64,000 bases of DNA from Spirochaetaceae bacterium (lineage in GTDB: Bacteria; Spirochaetota; Spirochaetia; DSM-2461), in the NCBI GenBank assembly GCA_051531975.1, contig JAOPTT010000014.1, positions 96,001 to 160,000 on the forward strand, given 5' to 3'. The notes under the pieces are model-generated. The model saw only the letters and a list, made by a program, of their open reading frames with translations, had not been told where the DNA came from and did not search any database. Within the stretch, counting starts at the first letter, position 1. Every line of letters begins with the position of its first letter. Shown here in pieces: positions 41,074-51,004 of the stretch. The translations under genes and the position numbers were made by a program.

Positions 41074-42252
41074 TTAAATCGCAGTAGGTGTCATAAGAAA
41101 AGAGAATCCCAAAAATGTACCAGTTAAAGATAATAATAATCCAAGTCCAGCAGTTCCTAATGTAGCATATTTCATATTTGTATAATCTGTGTAGTTAGAT
41201 GTATTATCCAAGGCAAAGCTATCTGAATTCATTAAAAGTCCACTAACAAGAAGAGCAATACCAGAACCTGCTAGAGATAAACCAGCTGTTCCTTTCATTT
41301 TTTTTTGTCTAATAGGGTCTTTATTGTAGTCAAGAATAATATCAAATGTATCGTTACCATCTACATAAAAAGAAGATAATATTGGGGAAAATTTGTTTTT
41401 TTCAATCAGTATATTATTTTCTCCAACAGGTACATTTAAAGTGGCATTCAAAATGTTAGTTGTAACATCCTCGCCATTTAGAGTTATTTTACTACCGGGA
41501 AGATATCCACTAAGATTAACTTTAGGATTGTACAGTTCAATATTTATAGGTAATTCCATACTGTTATTTATAGCTACAAAATCTTTATTAATTGTTTTAA
41601 AAGTCACATTTGTTATTGTTAATTCCCAATCACCTTCATATAAAGATATATGTTCATTGTCATTATAAGTAATAGTTTCTCCAGTTGATTTTTCTACAAA
41701 TAAGATAGATGTACCTAACGGTATTTCTTTATCAAAACTAACCAGAATCGATTTTTTTAGAGCAACATTAAGCTCTAAGTTCTCTAATTTTCCAATTTGA
41801 ACAGTATTTGAAACAGGATAATACCCTTCTTTAGTTATTAAAACTGTATGTAGACCACTATTCAGTTTTATAGGTTTATTAATTTCTGAAGTAAAAGGAA
41901 TTCCATTTAAAGTCAAACTTAATCCAACTAAATAGTTAGCAAATATATTTAAATAACCATAATAGTCTCCAAAAACAGGAGATATATAAGTTACTTTTGT
42001 TATATCAGGGTTATATATTATTTCACCTTCATACATTTTATCTTTACTTTTTAATAGAATACTGGTGTTACTTTTAATATTGGATAAAAAAATTGGAGAT
42101 TCTCCAATAAAAACATCATCAATAAATACCTCAGAACTCTCTATTGGTTGAATAAAAACTAAATTTCCAGTTTCAATTATATTGTCATCATCAGCAAATA
42201 GCATAACTGACAACATTGTTTTTAATAATATTAGCATAATTTTTTTTGTCAT
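41074..42252 (-). CDS. PEGA domain protein with C-terminal Gly-rich hydrophobic hairpin
   Basis: SEVFIDDVFIGESP, GLHTVLITKEGY, GENNILIEK repeats; signal peptide. Confidence 0.75.
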   Translation of the reverse strand: MTKKIMLILLKTMLSVMLFADDDNIIETGNLVFIQPIESSEVFIDDVFIGESPIFLSNIKSNTSILLKSKDKMYEGEIIYNPDITKVTYISPVFGDYYGYLNIFANYLVGLSLTLNGIPFTSEINKPIKLNSGLHTVLITKEGYYPVSNTVQIGKLENLELNVALKKSILVSFDKEIPLGTSILFVEKSTGETITYNDNEHISLYEGDWELTITNVTFKTINKDFVAINNSMELPINIELYNPKVNLSGYLPGSKITLNGEDVTTNILNATLNVPVGENNILIEKNKFSPILSSFYVDGNDTFDIILDYNKDPIRQKKMKGTAGLSLAGSGIALLVSGLLMNSDSFALDNTSNYTDYTNMKYATLGTAGLGLLLSLTGTFLGFSFLMTPTAI

Positions 42253-42358
42253 ATTTTTTTATATCATGCATTATTAGTAATTACAAATGTTTTCTTGAAT
42301 TTAATTCAAAACCGGATATAATATTCATATCTTAAAAACTCGTGGATGTACTATAAAA

Positions 42359-45300
42359 ATGAAAATTAAAAAAAATATTATTCTATCTATCATTATACTT
42401 ATTTTATTAACTGGATGTATCAGTACAGCAATTGATCCAGAAATACAAATGAACCTTGAAAAAGAACAAATTAGTAATATCTATAAAGGCTGGAGTACTA
42501 TTTTAAATAATAAGTATGAAGACGCTTATGTAGATTTTAATGACATTATAAATAACGATGAGTTAAATTATTCTGAGCTTAGATCAAGTATGTATAGGGG
42601 TTTAGGTATTGCTTCATATGCTAAAAGTGATGACTTTGAAGCATTTGAGATGCTATATAAATCTATAGAACTAAATCCCAACAATCCTTATTCATTAGTT
42701 GCAGCGACTTTTATTAGAGATGAAACTCTATGGGATTTTACTAGATATAAAAAACTAATTGTTCTTTTAGAAGAGATTGTAAAAGATAAGAAAACATCTA
42801 CCTGGCTAAAAAGAGAGTACCTATATTTTTTAGACGATTATTATCGTTATGACATTGGAGATTTTAAAAAAGCTGATGGTATAAAAGAAAAACTCAATAT
42901 CATAACTAATTGGGAAATAATTGGTCCATATTCAAATATTTCTAAATCTGGATATAAAAATGATTACATTCTAATTGATGAAAAAGATCCCTCCGGATTA
43001 AAAAAAGCTAAAACTGGAATTAATAATTGGGCTATTAATACATTCACCCCTGAAATAAAAAACAGAGCTCTATATACCCCTATATCCTCTTATTTTGATT
43101 CAGAAAATTATACATCGATATATGCTTATAAAAATCTTTCAATAAAAGAGGAAGGCAACTACGAATTTGTATTAAGCAGATATGGAAGTATCGAAGTTTG
43201 GATTAACGATAAAAAGCATATAGAACAGTCAAGTGATACAGGTGGAAACAATAACTTCTATTTTACTGTAAAACTAAATGAAGGTGATAACAAAATACTA
43301 ATAAAGAGTAATAAATTAGAGAGAAGTAATTCTTTTAATCTATCTTATGAAATAGCCAGCGAAGATCACAAATACAATAGAAACAAACTGTATTCTAATC
43401 TTTTCCCTGATGAGTCAGTTTTTGACCCACAGCTAAATAGTTTATGTGAACAAGTTACCCTAGATAAAAGTTCTCCTGAGGGATATATATGGCTTTCTTA
43501 TGCTCTACTAGACAAAGGTTGGATAAAACAAGCCACAAAGGTTTTAACGGACTTAAAAGAATACAATTCTAATGGGGACTTATACCAATATTTTTCCGCA
43601 TATCTATATAAATTAAATCAAGACTACCCTCTTTATAATAAAGAAATCATGAATCTAGCAGAGAAGAAAAAATCATTTGTTCCAATTCAGTTAAGAGCTG
43701 CTAAAAATTATCTTGCTATGGGACGGATTGGTAAAGCAGAAGCCTTTTTCAAAGAAAATTTTAAAGATCGTACAGAATGGTTTTATACTCTGTATTTAGA
43801 TCTATTGATAAATATAAATAATAAGAATGATGATAAGGTATTAACAATATATAAAAAAATAAAATATCTATTTCCAGACATACCTTCAATAGATCTGACA
43901 ATGGTTTATAACCAAAACAATATGACTGTAGCAGAAAAAAACAGTTATATTAGTAATTTATACAAAAGTGGAAATTATCGCTCAGCTCTCTATTTGGATT
44001 ATACAATCAAGAGAAATCATGGAACATTTAGCCAAGCAAAAGAAAAATTGAAAAGTTATTTAGATTTTTATCCTCTAAACATTAACAATTGGATAGAATA
44101 TATAGATCTTTTATATAATAGCAGCACTGCTGAATATAAAACTATTAAAGAAGTAATTGAATTGACCATGGGAACTTACCCTAATTCTTATGATCTATTA
44201 TATATAGAGAAAGAGAACTCCAGAGCAACATGGACAATGATGGATAAATATTATTATGAAAATTTAGATGATTTTAATACTAATACTTCTAATGTAAAGA
44301 CTTTCATGTCAGATATGGAGTCAGCTAAAGAAACTTATAAGAACTCTATGGAGCAGATTATAAAATATTATCCATACAGTCTTGAAATTAGAGATGAACT
44401 TCGTAGATTAAGTAATAAAAAAGAGTTTCTTGATAAAATAAAAATAAAAGACTCATATGATATAATTGATAAGTTTAAAAAGGCTGATTTTATACATAAT
44501 CCATCAGATGCAACTATAGTATACGATTCACAACAAGAACTCTATTTTGGAGATGGAGCATCATCACAATTTCATCACTTTATAATTAGGGTAAATACAC
44601 TCTCAGGAATTGAGGATAATAGATTCATAAATTTAGGTTTTTATCCAAATAATAAATACAATCATGTATACGATGCATTTACATTAAAGGATGATGGGAC
44701 AAGAATAGAAGCAGATTTCTCAGGAAAAGAAGTTGCATATTCAAGACTTAGCCCAGGGGACTTTATAGTACTAAGTTATAGAACCGATCAGTACGAATCA
44801 GGGGAACTTAATAGTGAAATTTTTACTCAAGTAAACCTAGAGTCTACATATCCTATTCACTTTAAAGTATTGGATATTATCTATCCTAAAAAATTAAAAC
44901 TAAATTATAAGTATATTAATATAGCTGAGGATGAGGTTGAACTTACTACAACCTCATTTGAAACTAGTTATACTAAAACAACGGTTAAGATAAATAATAA
45001 AGAGGCTAAAACATTTACAAATTTTACAGGTAAATGGAGAGATTATATTCCAAGTGTAGAAATATCTACTCTTAAAAGTTGGGATAACATTCTAGATTGG
45101 TATAAACCGTTATATGAAGGGCAAACAATTGCCTCTAAACTAGTTAAGCAAAAAGCTGAAGAGTTAACAACTGATGCAAAAAGTGATAACGAAAAGATTA
45201 AGGCAATTTTTAATTTTGTGGCAAATAAAATTGAGTACGAAGACTTATCATTCCAATATGACGGCTATATCCCACAGAGTGCTGATTCTATATTAAAAGA

Positions 45301-46249
45301 AGGGTATGGAGATTGTAAGGATCAGAGTGTACTGCTTATTTCAATGCTGAAATCCGTTGGTATAGAGTCTTACTTAACTCTTAATGCAACCTATTACAAT
45401 GGATTAAATGTCTTTTTACCATCTCTGATATTTGATCATGCTATTGTTGCTGTAGAATCTGATGGGAATGTTTCTTATCTTGACCCTACACTTACATATT
45501 ATACATATGGTGATATGCCAGCAGATAGAAATGGAACGTTCCTTTTAGATATAAAAGAAGGTGGAACATTTCATAGGGCAAATTACAACATAGAAAAACA
45601 GAAAAATTTCTCTATTCTTGAGATAAAAAATATTGATAGTATTACAAAGATTAATGGTTCAATGATATATCAAGGTAGTAGTGCATGGAATATAAGATCA
45701 ACATACAAAGATATAACTGAAGATGAGAAACAAACGACATTTGAAGAGCATACTAATAGCTGGATTCCAGGTTTTAAATTAAACACATTTGATCTAGAAA
45801 ATAGTGATGATATTTTTTATGACCCTAAAATTGAGTTTTCAGGTAGTATGAATGGAATAATAACAACTGTTGATAATAGCCTTGTTAAAATTAATTCTCC
45901 CTGGCGTGATTATTTAGATAATCAAACTCAGTATTGGTTAGGTGCAGATCCTGAAAGTAAAACTATTTCAATTCCTGGTTCAAGAGTATCTACGCCCAAA
46001 AACCAAGTGATAATAATTGATATTCCTAATAAATACAAAATCCATTCACTTCCTCAGGAGATTAAATTAACTTTTAAAAATAGTTATATTAATTTCAGTG
46101 CCCAAGAGATATCAGGCAAATTAGTTTTAAAGCGGGATATATTTATACCTGAACAGATTGTTGATCAGAATGAAATTGATGAATTTAAAATGTTTATAGA
46201 AAATGCACTTGAAGTAGAAAAGCAGGAAGTATATTTATCCATTAATTAG
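42359..46249 (+). CDS. Large TPR / DUF3857 / transglutaminase-like lipoprotein
   Basis: Lipobox LTGC; TPR-like helices; W.IIGPYSN; GDCKD...FDHAI...YLDPT triad. Confidence 0.85.
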   Translation: MKIKKNIILSIIILILLTGCISTAIDPEIQMNLEKEQISNIYKGWSTILNNKYEDAYVDFNDIINNDELNYSELRSSMYRGLGIASYAKSDDFEAFEMLYKSIELNPNNPYSLVAATFIRDETLWDFTRYKKLIVLLEEIVKDKKTSTWLKREYLYFLDDYYRYDIGDFKKADGIKEKLNIITNWEIIGPYSNISKSGYKNDYILIDEKDPSGLKKAKTGINNWAINTFTPEIKNRALYTPISSYFDSENYTSIYAYKNLSIKEEGNYEFVLSRYGSIEVWINDKKHIEQSSDTGGNNNFYFTVKLNEGDNKILIKSNKLERSNSFNLSYEIASEDHKYNRNKLYSNLFPDESVFDPQLNSLCEQVTLDKSSPEGYIWLSYALLDKGWIKQATKVLTDLKEYNSNGDLYQYFSAYLYKLNQDYPLYNKEIMNLAEKKKSFVPIQLRAAKNYLAMGRIGKAEAFFKENFKDRTEWFYTLYLDLLININNKNDDKVLTIYKKIKYLFPDIPSIDLTMVYNQNNMTVAEKNSYISNLYKSGNYRSALYLDYTIKRNHGTFSQAKEKLKSYLDFYPLNINNWIEYIDLLYNSSTAEYKTIKEVIELTMGTYPNSYDLLYIEKENSRATWTMMDKYYYENLDDFNTNTSNVKTFMSDMESAKETYKNSMEQIIKYYPYSLEIRDELRRLSNKKEFLDKIKIKDSYDIIDKFKKADFIHNPSDATIVYDSQQELYFGDGASSQFHHFIIRVNTLSGIEDNRFINLGFYPNNKYNHVYDAFTLKDDGTRIEADFSGKEVAYSRLSPGDFIVLSYRTDQYESGELNSEIFTQVNLESTYPIHFKVLDIIYPKKLKLNYKYINIAEDEVELTTTSFETSYTKTTVKINNKEAKTFTNFTGKWRDYIPSVEISTLKSWDNILDWYKPLYEGQTIASKLVKQKAEELTTDAKSDNEKIKAIFNFVANKIEYEDLSFQYDGYIPQSADSILKEGYGDCKDQSVLLISMLKSVGIESYLTLNATYYNGLNVFLPSLIFDHAIVAVESDGNVSYLDPTLTYYTYGDMPADRNGTFLLDIKEGGTFHRANYNIEKQKNFSILEIKNIDSITKINGSMIYQGSSAWNIRSTYKDITEDEKQTTFEEHTNSWIPGFKLNTFDLENSDDIFYDPKIEFSGSMNGIITTVDNSLVKINSPWRDYLDNQTQYWLGADPESKTISIPGSRVSTPKNQVIIIDIPNKYKIHSLPQEIKLTFKNSYINFSAQEISGKLVLKRDIFIPEQIVDQNEIDEFKMFIENALEVEKQEVYLSIN

Positions 46250-46275
46250 AACCTGTTTATTTTTCTAAATAAGTG

Positions 46276-46324
46276 CTGTTCTACCCCTAATACGAAACCT
46301 AGGGGTTGGCAGAGTTTTTACCTA
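46276..46324. repeat. 49-bp hairpin element, copy A
   Basis: 43/49 identical to 48780-48828 in direct orientation (manual alignment). Confidence 0.85.
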
Positions 46325-46348
46325 TTTGAATTATCTACAGGAGCGAAA

Positions 46349-47410
46349 ATGAACAAAAAAAAATGTGTCATACTTCAATCAATATTTATTGCATCTTTAA
46401 TAATTATCCTTACAGGTTGTGATTCTAAAACCATTGAGAAAGAAGTCGATTCTTACATTGAAACCTTTTCTGAATATAAGGCATTCCATGGATCCATTCT
46501 TATTGCCAGTGGAGATAATATTCTAGTTAGAAAGGGATATGGAATGGCTAATGTTGAACATGAAGTTAAAAACAATTCAAATACTAAATTCAGAATTGGC
46601 TCCATGACAAAACAATTTACAGCGATGGCTATATTAATACTGCAAGAAAAAGGATTACTTAATATTTCAGATAATATTGATCAATATATCCCTAATTGTC
46701 CTGAATCATGGAAGGAAATAACAATTCATCAGCTTCTTACACATACATCTGGGATTCCCAATTTCACCTCTTTTCCAGAATATATGGATGTAATGAAAAA
46801 AGAGCATTCAGTCTTACAAATCATGTCATTGTTTATGGATAAATCTTTAAAATATACTCCAGGGAAATTTTTCTCTTATTCAAATTCAGGATATATTGTA
46901 CTTGGTTATATAATAGAAAAAGTTTCTAATAAAAAATATGAGGATTATCTCAACGAACATATATTTAAAAAGATTGGAATGAAAAACACAGGTTATGATC
47001 ACAATAAAGAGATAATAAAAAATAGAGCTACTGGGTATTATTTCAATGGCACACAAAATGCTGATTATATTCATATGTCGGTTCCACATGCAGCAGGAGC
47101 ACTTTACAGCACAGTTGAAGATCTCTATTTATGGGATCGGGCATTATATACTGATAAAATTGTTAATAAAAAATCATTAGATTCAATGTTTACAAATTAT
47201 ATTGGAAGCTATGGATATGGATGGAAAATTAATGAAACACAGAGCAATTCTAAACTAATTGAACATGACGGAATGATTAATGGTTTTTCTTCTTACATCG
47301 GTAGATATATTGATGATGATTTAGTTCTTATTATTCTTTCAAATGATGGAACGCAGGGACGTTTAATCCTTCCTAGCATAACTAAAATTGTTACAAACTA
47401 TTTACCATAA
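46349..47410 (+). CDS. Serine hydrolase, beta-lactamase/AmpC-related lipoprotein
   Basis: FRIGSMTK (SxxK), LLTHTSG, YSN, HDG motifs. Confidence 0.9.
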   Translation: MNKKKCVILQSIFIASLIIILTGCDSKTIEKEVDSYIETFSEYKAFHGSILIASGDNILVRKGYGMANVEHEVKNNSNTKFRIGSMTKQFTAMAILILQEKGLLNISDNIDQYIPNCPESWKEITIHQLLTHTSGIPNFTSFPEYMDVMKKEHSVLQIMSLFMDKSLKYTPGKFFSYSNSGYIVLGYIIEKVSNKKYEDYLNEHIFKKIGMKNTGYDHNKEIIKNRATGYYFNGTQNADYIHMSVPHAAGALYSTVEDLYLWDRALYTDKIVNKKSLDSMFTNYIGSYGYGWKINETQSNSKLIEHDGMINGFSSYIGRYIDDDLVLIILSNDGTQGRLILPSITKIVTNYLP

Positions 47411-47462
47411 TGGATCAGGTATTTAACTGCAACCTCTGTAGCACATGCATATTCATCATTAT
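47403..47462 (-). pseudogene. Remnant of the 3' part of the WD40 lipoprotein gene
   Basis: 53/60 nt identical to 48903-48962; NDEYACATEVAVKYLIHYG vs NDEYVYATDDAIKYLIHYG. Confidence 0.85.
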
Positions 47463-47488
47463 CTATGGTGATTAATCTAGCTGTAAAG

Positions 47489-47586
47489 TTAAAATCAAAG
47501 GAAGAAAATACATATAAAGTGCTGCCAAATACAACCTAGAGTTCAATTGGGAAGACGTTAAACAAAAGCAACAATCTTTCTTCTAG
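47489..47586 (+). pseudogene. Remnant of the 3' end of the M48 peptidase gene (one frameshift)
   Basis: LKSKEENT.../KYNLEFNWEDVKQKQQSFF* vs LKSKEAST...KDNPEFNWEAIKDEQPSFF*. Confidence 0.85.
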
Positions 47587-47635
47587 GTTATCTTATTGTA
47601 ACTTTAAAGATACTGAATTAAATATATTTAACGAT

Positions 47636-48073
47636 TTAATTAGATTCCAAATAATTCTTGAAGTCTAAATTAATTTGTTTGAAATTTAACTCTGTCGGTA
47701 CTAAAACTGGCTTAATTAGAGGTCTAATTAGAATACCTGAAAAATCCTCAATTTGTAATAATTTTGTAGTATTATCTCCTAAATCTTCAAAATGGAACTG
47801 ATGGTGACCATCGAATAGACCATTAAACAATAGATGCCCAATCCACTCAAAACTTTTATTCTCTTCATTTTTTAAAAGAGTTGGATTCATAGTCATAGGT
47901 TTTTTACCATCCTGATATAAATCGACTTTAAATCTTTCTCCTACTTTTGTATTAGTATAATAAACCTTAAATCCTTTATTCCAATTTGTATGGTCCTTAA
48001 AGTCTACAAATTTACTCCAAACACTTTTTATTGGAGCGTTAATTATAATTTCTGTCTCTATTCTGTATTTCAT
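47636..48073 (-). CDS. SRPBCC domain protein
   Basis: IETEIIINAP..VW..FVDF....WN, FEWIG, LFDGHHQF, EDFSG. Confidence 0.85.
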   Translation of the reverse strand: MKYRIETEIIINAPIKSVWSKFVDFKDHTNWNKGFKVYYTNTKVGERFKVDLYQDGKKPMTMNPTLLKNEENKSFEWIGHLLFNGLFDGHHQFHFEDLGDNTTKLLQIEDFSGILIRPLIKPVLVPTELNFKQINLDFKNYLESN

Positions 48074-48077
48074 AATA

Positions 48078-48632
48078 TTACCTTATCCCTTTAATTATAG
48101 TTTCTATTAGTTCATCAATAAAAGTTTCATTCATAATTGCAAGCTCACCGTTATCAAAAAATATTTTGTTATGATATGGAAAACTTATACATGCCAATAT
48201 ATACAGATATGAAACATCAACAGATTTAATTTTAAATTCACCAGTGTCATTTGCAATTGTTAATTGATTTCTCAATTCATCCCAAAATGGTTGAATATAT
48301 TGTTTTATATCTTTTAAACGACTACTTTTTAATATTATTTCACTGTGTAATATATCTATTAGTTCTGGGTCATTTTTCCTTAATATAAGTATTGTTTTTA
48401 ACAGGTTTCTTAAATTCCCCTCAATATCAACCGAACTGTTTTTTATTTTTGTACTAGGAAAAAATTCATCGAATATACCAACTAATAATCCATTTTTACT
48501 ACCGAAATAATATGAAATCATTGAACTGTTAACTTTCGATTTGTCTGAAATATCTCTTATTGATGTTTGTGCAAACCCTTTATTTGCAAATAGACTTTTA
48601 CTTGCTAATAGTAGCTCAATTCTTTTGTTCAT
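48078..48632 (-). CDS. TetR/AcrR family regulator
   Basis: LFANKGFAQTSIRDI...VNSSMISYYFGSK. Confidence 0.92.
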   Translation of the reverse strand: MNKRIELLLASKSLFANKGFAQTSIRDISDKSKVNSSMISYYFGSKNGLLVGIFDEFFPSTKIKNSSVDIEGNLRNLLKTILILRKNDPELIDILHSEIILKSSRLKDIKQYIQPFWDELRNQLTIANDTGEFKIKSVDVSYLYILACISFPYHNKIFFDNGELAIMNETFIDELIETIIKGIR

Positions 48633-48640
48633 TCATCCTC

Positions 48641-48672
48641 TTTAAATCAATCAATCAATTGATTGATTTAAA
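48641..48672. promoter_or_regulatory. Putative TetR autoregulatory operator
   Basis: Perfect 15-bp inverted repeat TTTAAATCAATCAAT-CA-ATTGATTGATTTAAA just before the tetR RBS. Confidence 0.75.
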
Positions 48673-48779
48673 TATTAGCACTATAATTATTAAATAGCAA
48701 GTCTCTGAAAGCCGTATTAGATCAAATTAATGTTACTAGAGAAATACCATCAAGTTGTACAACCATTCCATAAGAACTA

Positions 48780-48828
48780 CTGCTCTACCCCAAATACGAA
48801 ACCTAGGGATAGGCAGTGTTTTAACCTA
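48780..48828. repeat. 49-bp hairpin element, copy B (includes WD40 stop codon; likely its terminator)
   Basis: 43/49 identical to 46276-46324. Confidence 0.85.
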
Positions 48829-50934
48829 ATTAATAATGTTCTTATAAAAATCTTTGTTACCAAACTTTGTATAAACTTCATCTCCTATTAGTACTTCATC
48901 CCTACCATAATGGATAAGGTATTTAATTGCATCGTCTGTAGCATATACATATTCATCGTTATGAATTATGTAATTTTTATCATCTACAATATGAACAGCT
49001 AAAATAAAATCTCCACTATTTGAGTCCCAAATTCTAAAAGAAGAATCCCAGGATGATGTATACAGGTACTTCCCATTATTACTAAAGGTTACATCGGTTA
49101 ATTGGTATGTATGACCTAACAAGTTAGTTACAACACCGTTATCTAAGGTGATTAATGTAGCTGTGGTATTAAAATATGATATTGCTATACTGTTATTAGA
49201 TCCATTATAATCGATGTTTCTTGGTCTTTTATTACCAGTTTCATACTCTGATAATTTCTCTCCACTTTCAATACTCCAGACAGTTACTGTTCCATCACTT
49301 TCAGCTGTAAACAGTGTCTTACCATCATCAGAAACTTTAATTGTAGCGTCACTATAATTATCTAAAACAATTGCTCTAATGGTCTCACCTGTTATTGCTG
49401 AAGCTATAATTACTGTATTCCGTTTATCTCCTATAGCTCCATAGGCTAAAATATCATTTTCTTGACTAACAGAGACGTTTATTCTCATTCTTTTAGATTC
49501 AATTTCAATTCTTTTTTTAATTTCACCTGTCACAGCATCATATATGTCAATAATTCCATTTTCATATCCACCTAATATAAGGTGTTTACCTTTATTATCC
49601 ATCTCCAGGTCATAATATCTAACTTTATTTTTATTAAACCATAACTGTTTATTAGTTGTAAAATCTTCCCTATATAGATTGTAATCAGTTAAGACAATCA
49701 CACTTTTATTATCAGGTAAAACCTTCATTTCATAAGCAGATGTATCATAATCACCAAAGCTTGTAAAATGTTCCATTTGATCTAAATCCCATACGATATT
49801 AGGGGAATTATGTTTGTATGGTGTAGCTGTCAGAACTTTGTCATCTAATATTGGTTCAACATCGTATATCTTTAACCACTCTTTTGGATGTTTAATCAGA
49901 ATCTTTCTTTCATTAAAATCGTAGCTTACAAAGTTTGTAGGTATGTCATAAAAGACTTTACTATCACCCTCTACAAAATTAACCGCATAGGAGTATTCCT
50001 TATCTTTGTAGACTTCTTTTCCTTCGATCCAGTTTCTAATTGTTAAACCAGAGTTACAATATGCTAATAGCTCACCATTGTTTGATAGTTTTATATTCAT
50101 AAAACCGTTGCCCTTAATTGTTTCAGATAAAGATACATTTCCAGTTACAAAGTCTATTATTTCAAGCTCTCCACTATAACTTCCTACTGCTAAATATTGT
50201 CCATTACCAGATAAGTTTACTGCCGATGGAGAGAACCTTAGATCAATATTTCTACTATTTAATCCTGTTTCAATATCATAGACCCTAAACTTATCCTCTG
50301 ATCCATTTCTAAGTATGAACTCATTTGTAAAATCATTTACTGTTAAATAATATACATTTTTAGCGTCATCAATTGTCATAATCTTAATAAGTTCTTTAGT
50401 TACAAGATCAAATTGATAGATCATCCCATAACTTGAAGCAATTATTTGTGTTCCATTTTTAGCAAAATCATAGGACTGGAAATCCCTGTATTTTGTATGG
50501 TTATTTTTAATTACAAAATCAAGATTACCACTTTCTATATCCCAGAAGTAGATTCCTTTTCCTCTAACTAAGCATGTAACTTGTTTATTATCTGGAGTAA
50601 TTTTAATTTTAACGTCTTCATTGATTAGTTTATTCCAAACAGGTTTCATATTACTTGTATCGTAAGCTATTAGTCCTGTGAGTTCAGTATGTGCTACTAA
50701 GTATTTCCCATCAGTAGAGACTTTTGATTCAAATGCTCTAGTTGGAAATACATTTTGCCCAAAACCTTCATAGTTCTTAGCTATTTCTAAACCTTGTCCC
50801 GGCATATACAAGGAACTGCTAACAGCCTCTTCTTTAATACTAGTTTTACTTTCAGTTTTATTTTCTGATGTAGTCTCTGTCGTAAGACAACTAAAACACA
50901 ATGTTGTAATTAATAATAAAATAATCTTTTTCAT
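48826..50934 (-). CDS. WD40/beta-propeller repeat lipoprotein
   Basis: Lipobox CFSC; many blades, e.g. GHTYQLTDVTFSNNGKYLYTSSWDSSFRIWD. Confidence 0.88.
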   Translation of the reverse strand: MKKIILLLITTLCFSCLTTETTSENKTESKTSIKEEAVSSSLYMPGQGLEIAKNYEGFGQNVFPTRAFESKVSTDGKYLVAHTELTGLIAYDTSNMKPVWNKLINEDVKIKITPDNKQVTCLVRGKGIYFWDIESGNLDFVIKNNHTKYRDFQSYDFAKNGTQIIASSYGMIYQFDLVTKELIKIMTIDDAKNVYYLTVNDFTNEFILRNGSEDKFRVYDIETGLNSRNIDLRFSPSAVNLSGNGQYLAVGSYSGELEIIDFVTGNVSLSETIKGNGFMNIKLSNNGELLAYCNSGLTIRNWIEGKEVYKDKEYSYAVNFVEGDSKVFYDIPTNFVSYDFNERKILIKHPKEWLKIYDVEPILDDKVLTATPYKHNSPNIVWDLDQMEHFTSFGDYDTSAYEMKVLPDNKSVIVLTDYNLYREDFTTNKQLWFNKNKVRYYDLEMDNKGKHLILGGYENGIIDIYDAVTGEIKKRIEIESKRMRINVSVSQENDILAYGAIGDKRNTVIIASAITGETIRAIVLDNYSDATIKVSDDGKTLFTAESDGTVTVWSIESGEKLSEYETGNKRPRNIDYNGSNNSIAISYFNTTATLITLDNGVVTNLLGHTYQLTDVTFSNNGKYLYTSSWDSSFRIWDSNSGDFILAVHIVDDKNYIIHNDEYVYATDDAIKYLIHYGRDEVLIGDEVYTKFGNKDFYKNIIN

Positions 50935-51004
50935 AATAAATTTATTCTCCAATATATTTTGTAATATAGGATGCTCCTAACTAACCATCCTATTAGCTAC
51001 AGTA

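Noticed and set aside
48700..48773. Possible further gene remnant ending just before hairpin B (...REIPSSCTTIP*)
   Set aside because: No match to any gene in the window; cannot be supported without a search
46276..48828. Integron attC sites or IS ends for the 49-bp hairpins
   Set aside because: No RYYYAAC/GTTRRRY boxes in the proper arrangement and no integrase or transposase; better explained as a duplicated WD40 3' flank
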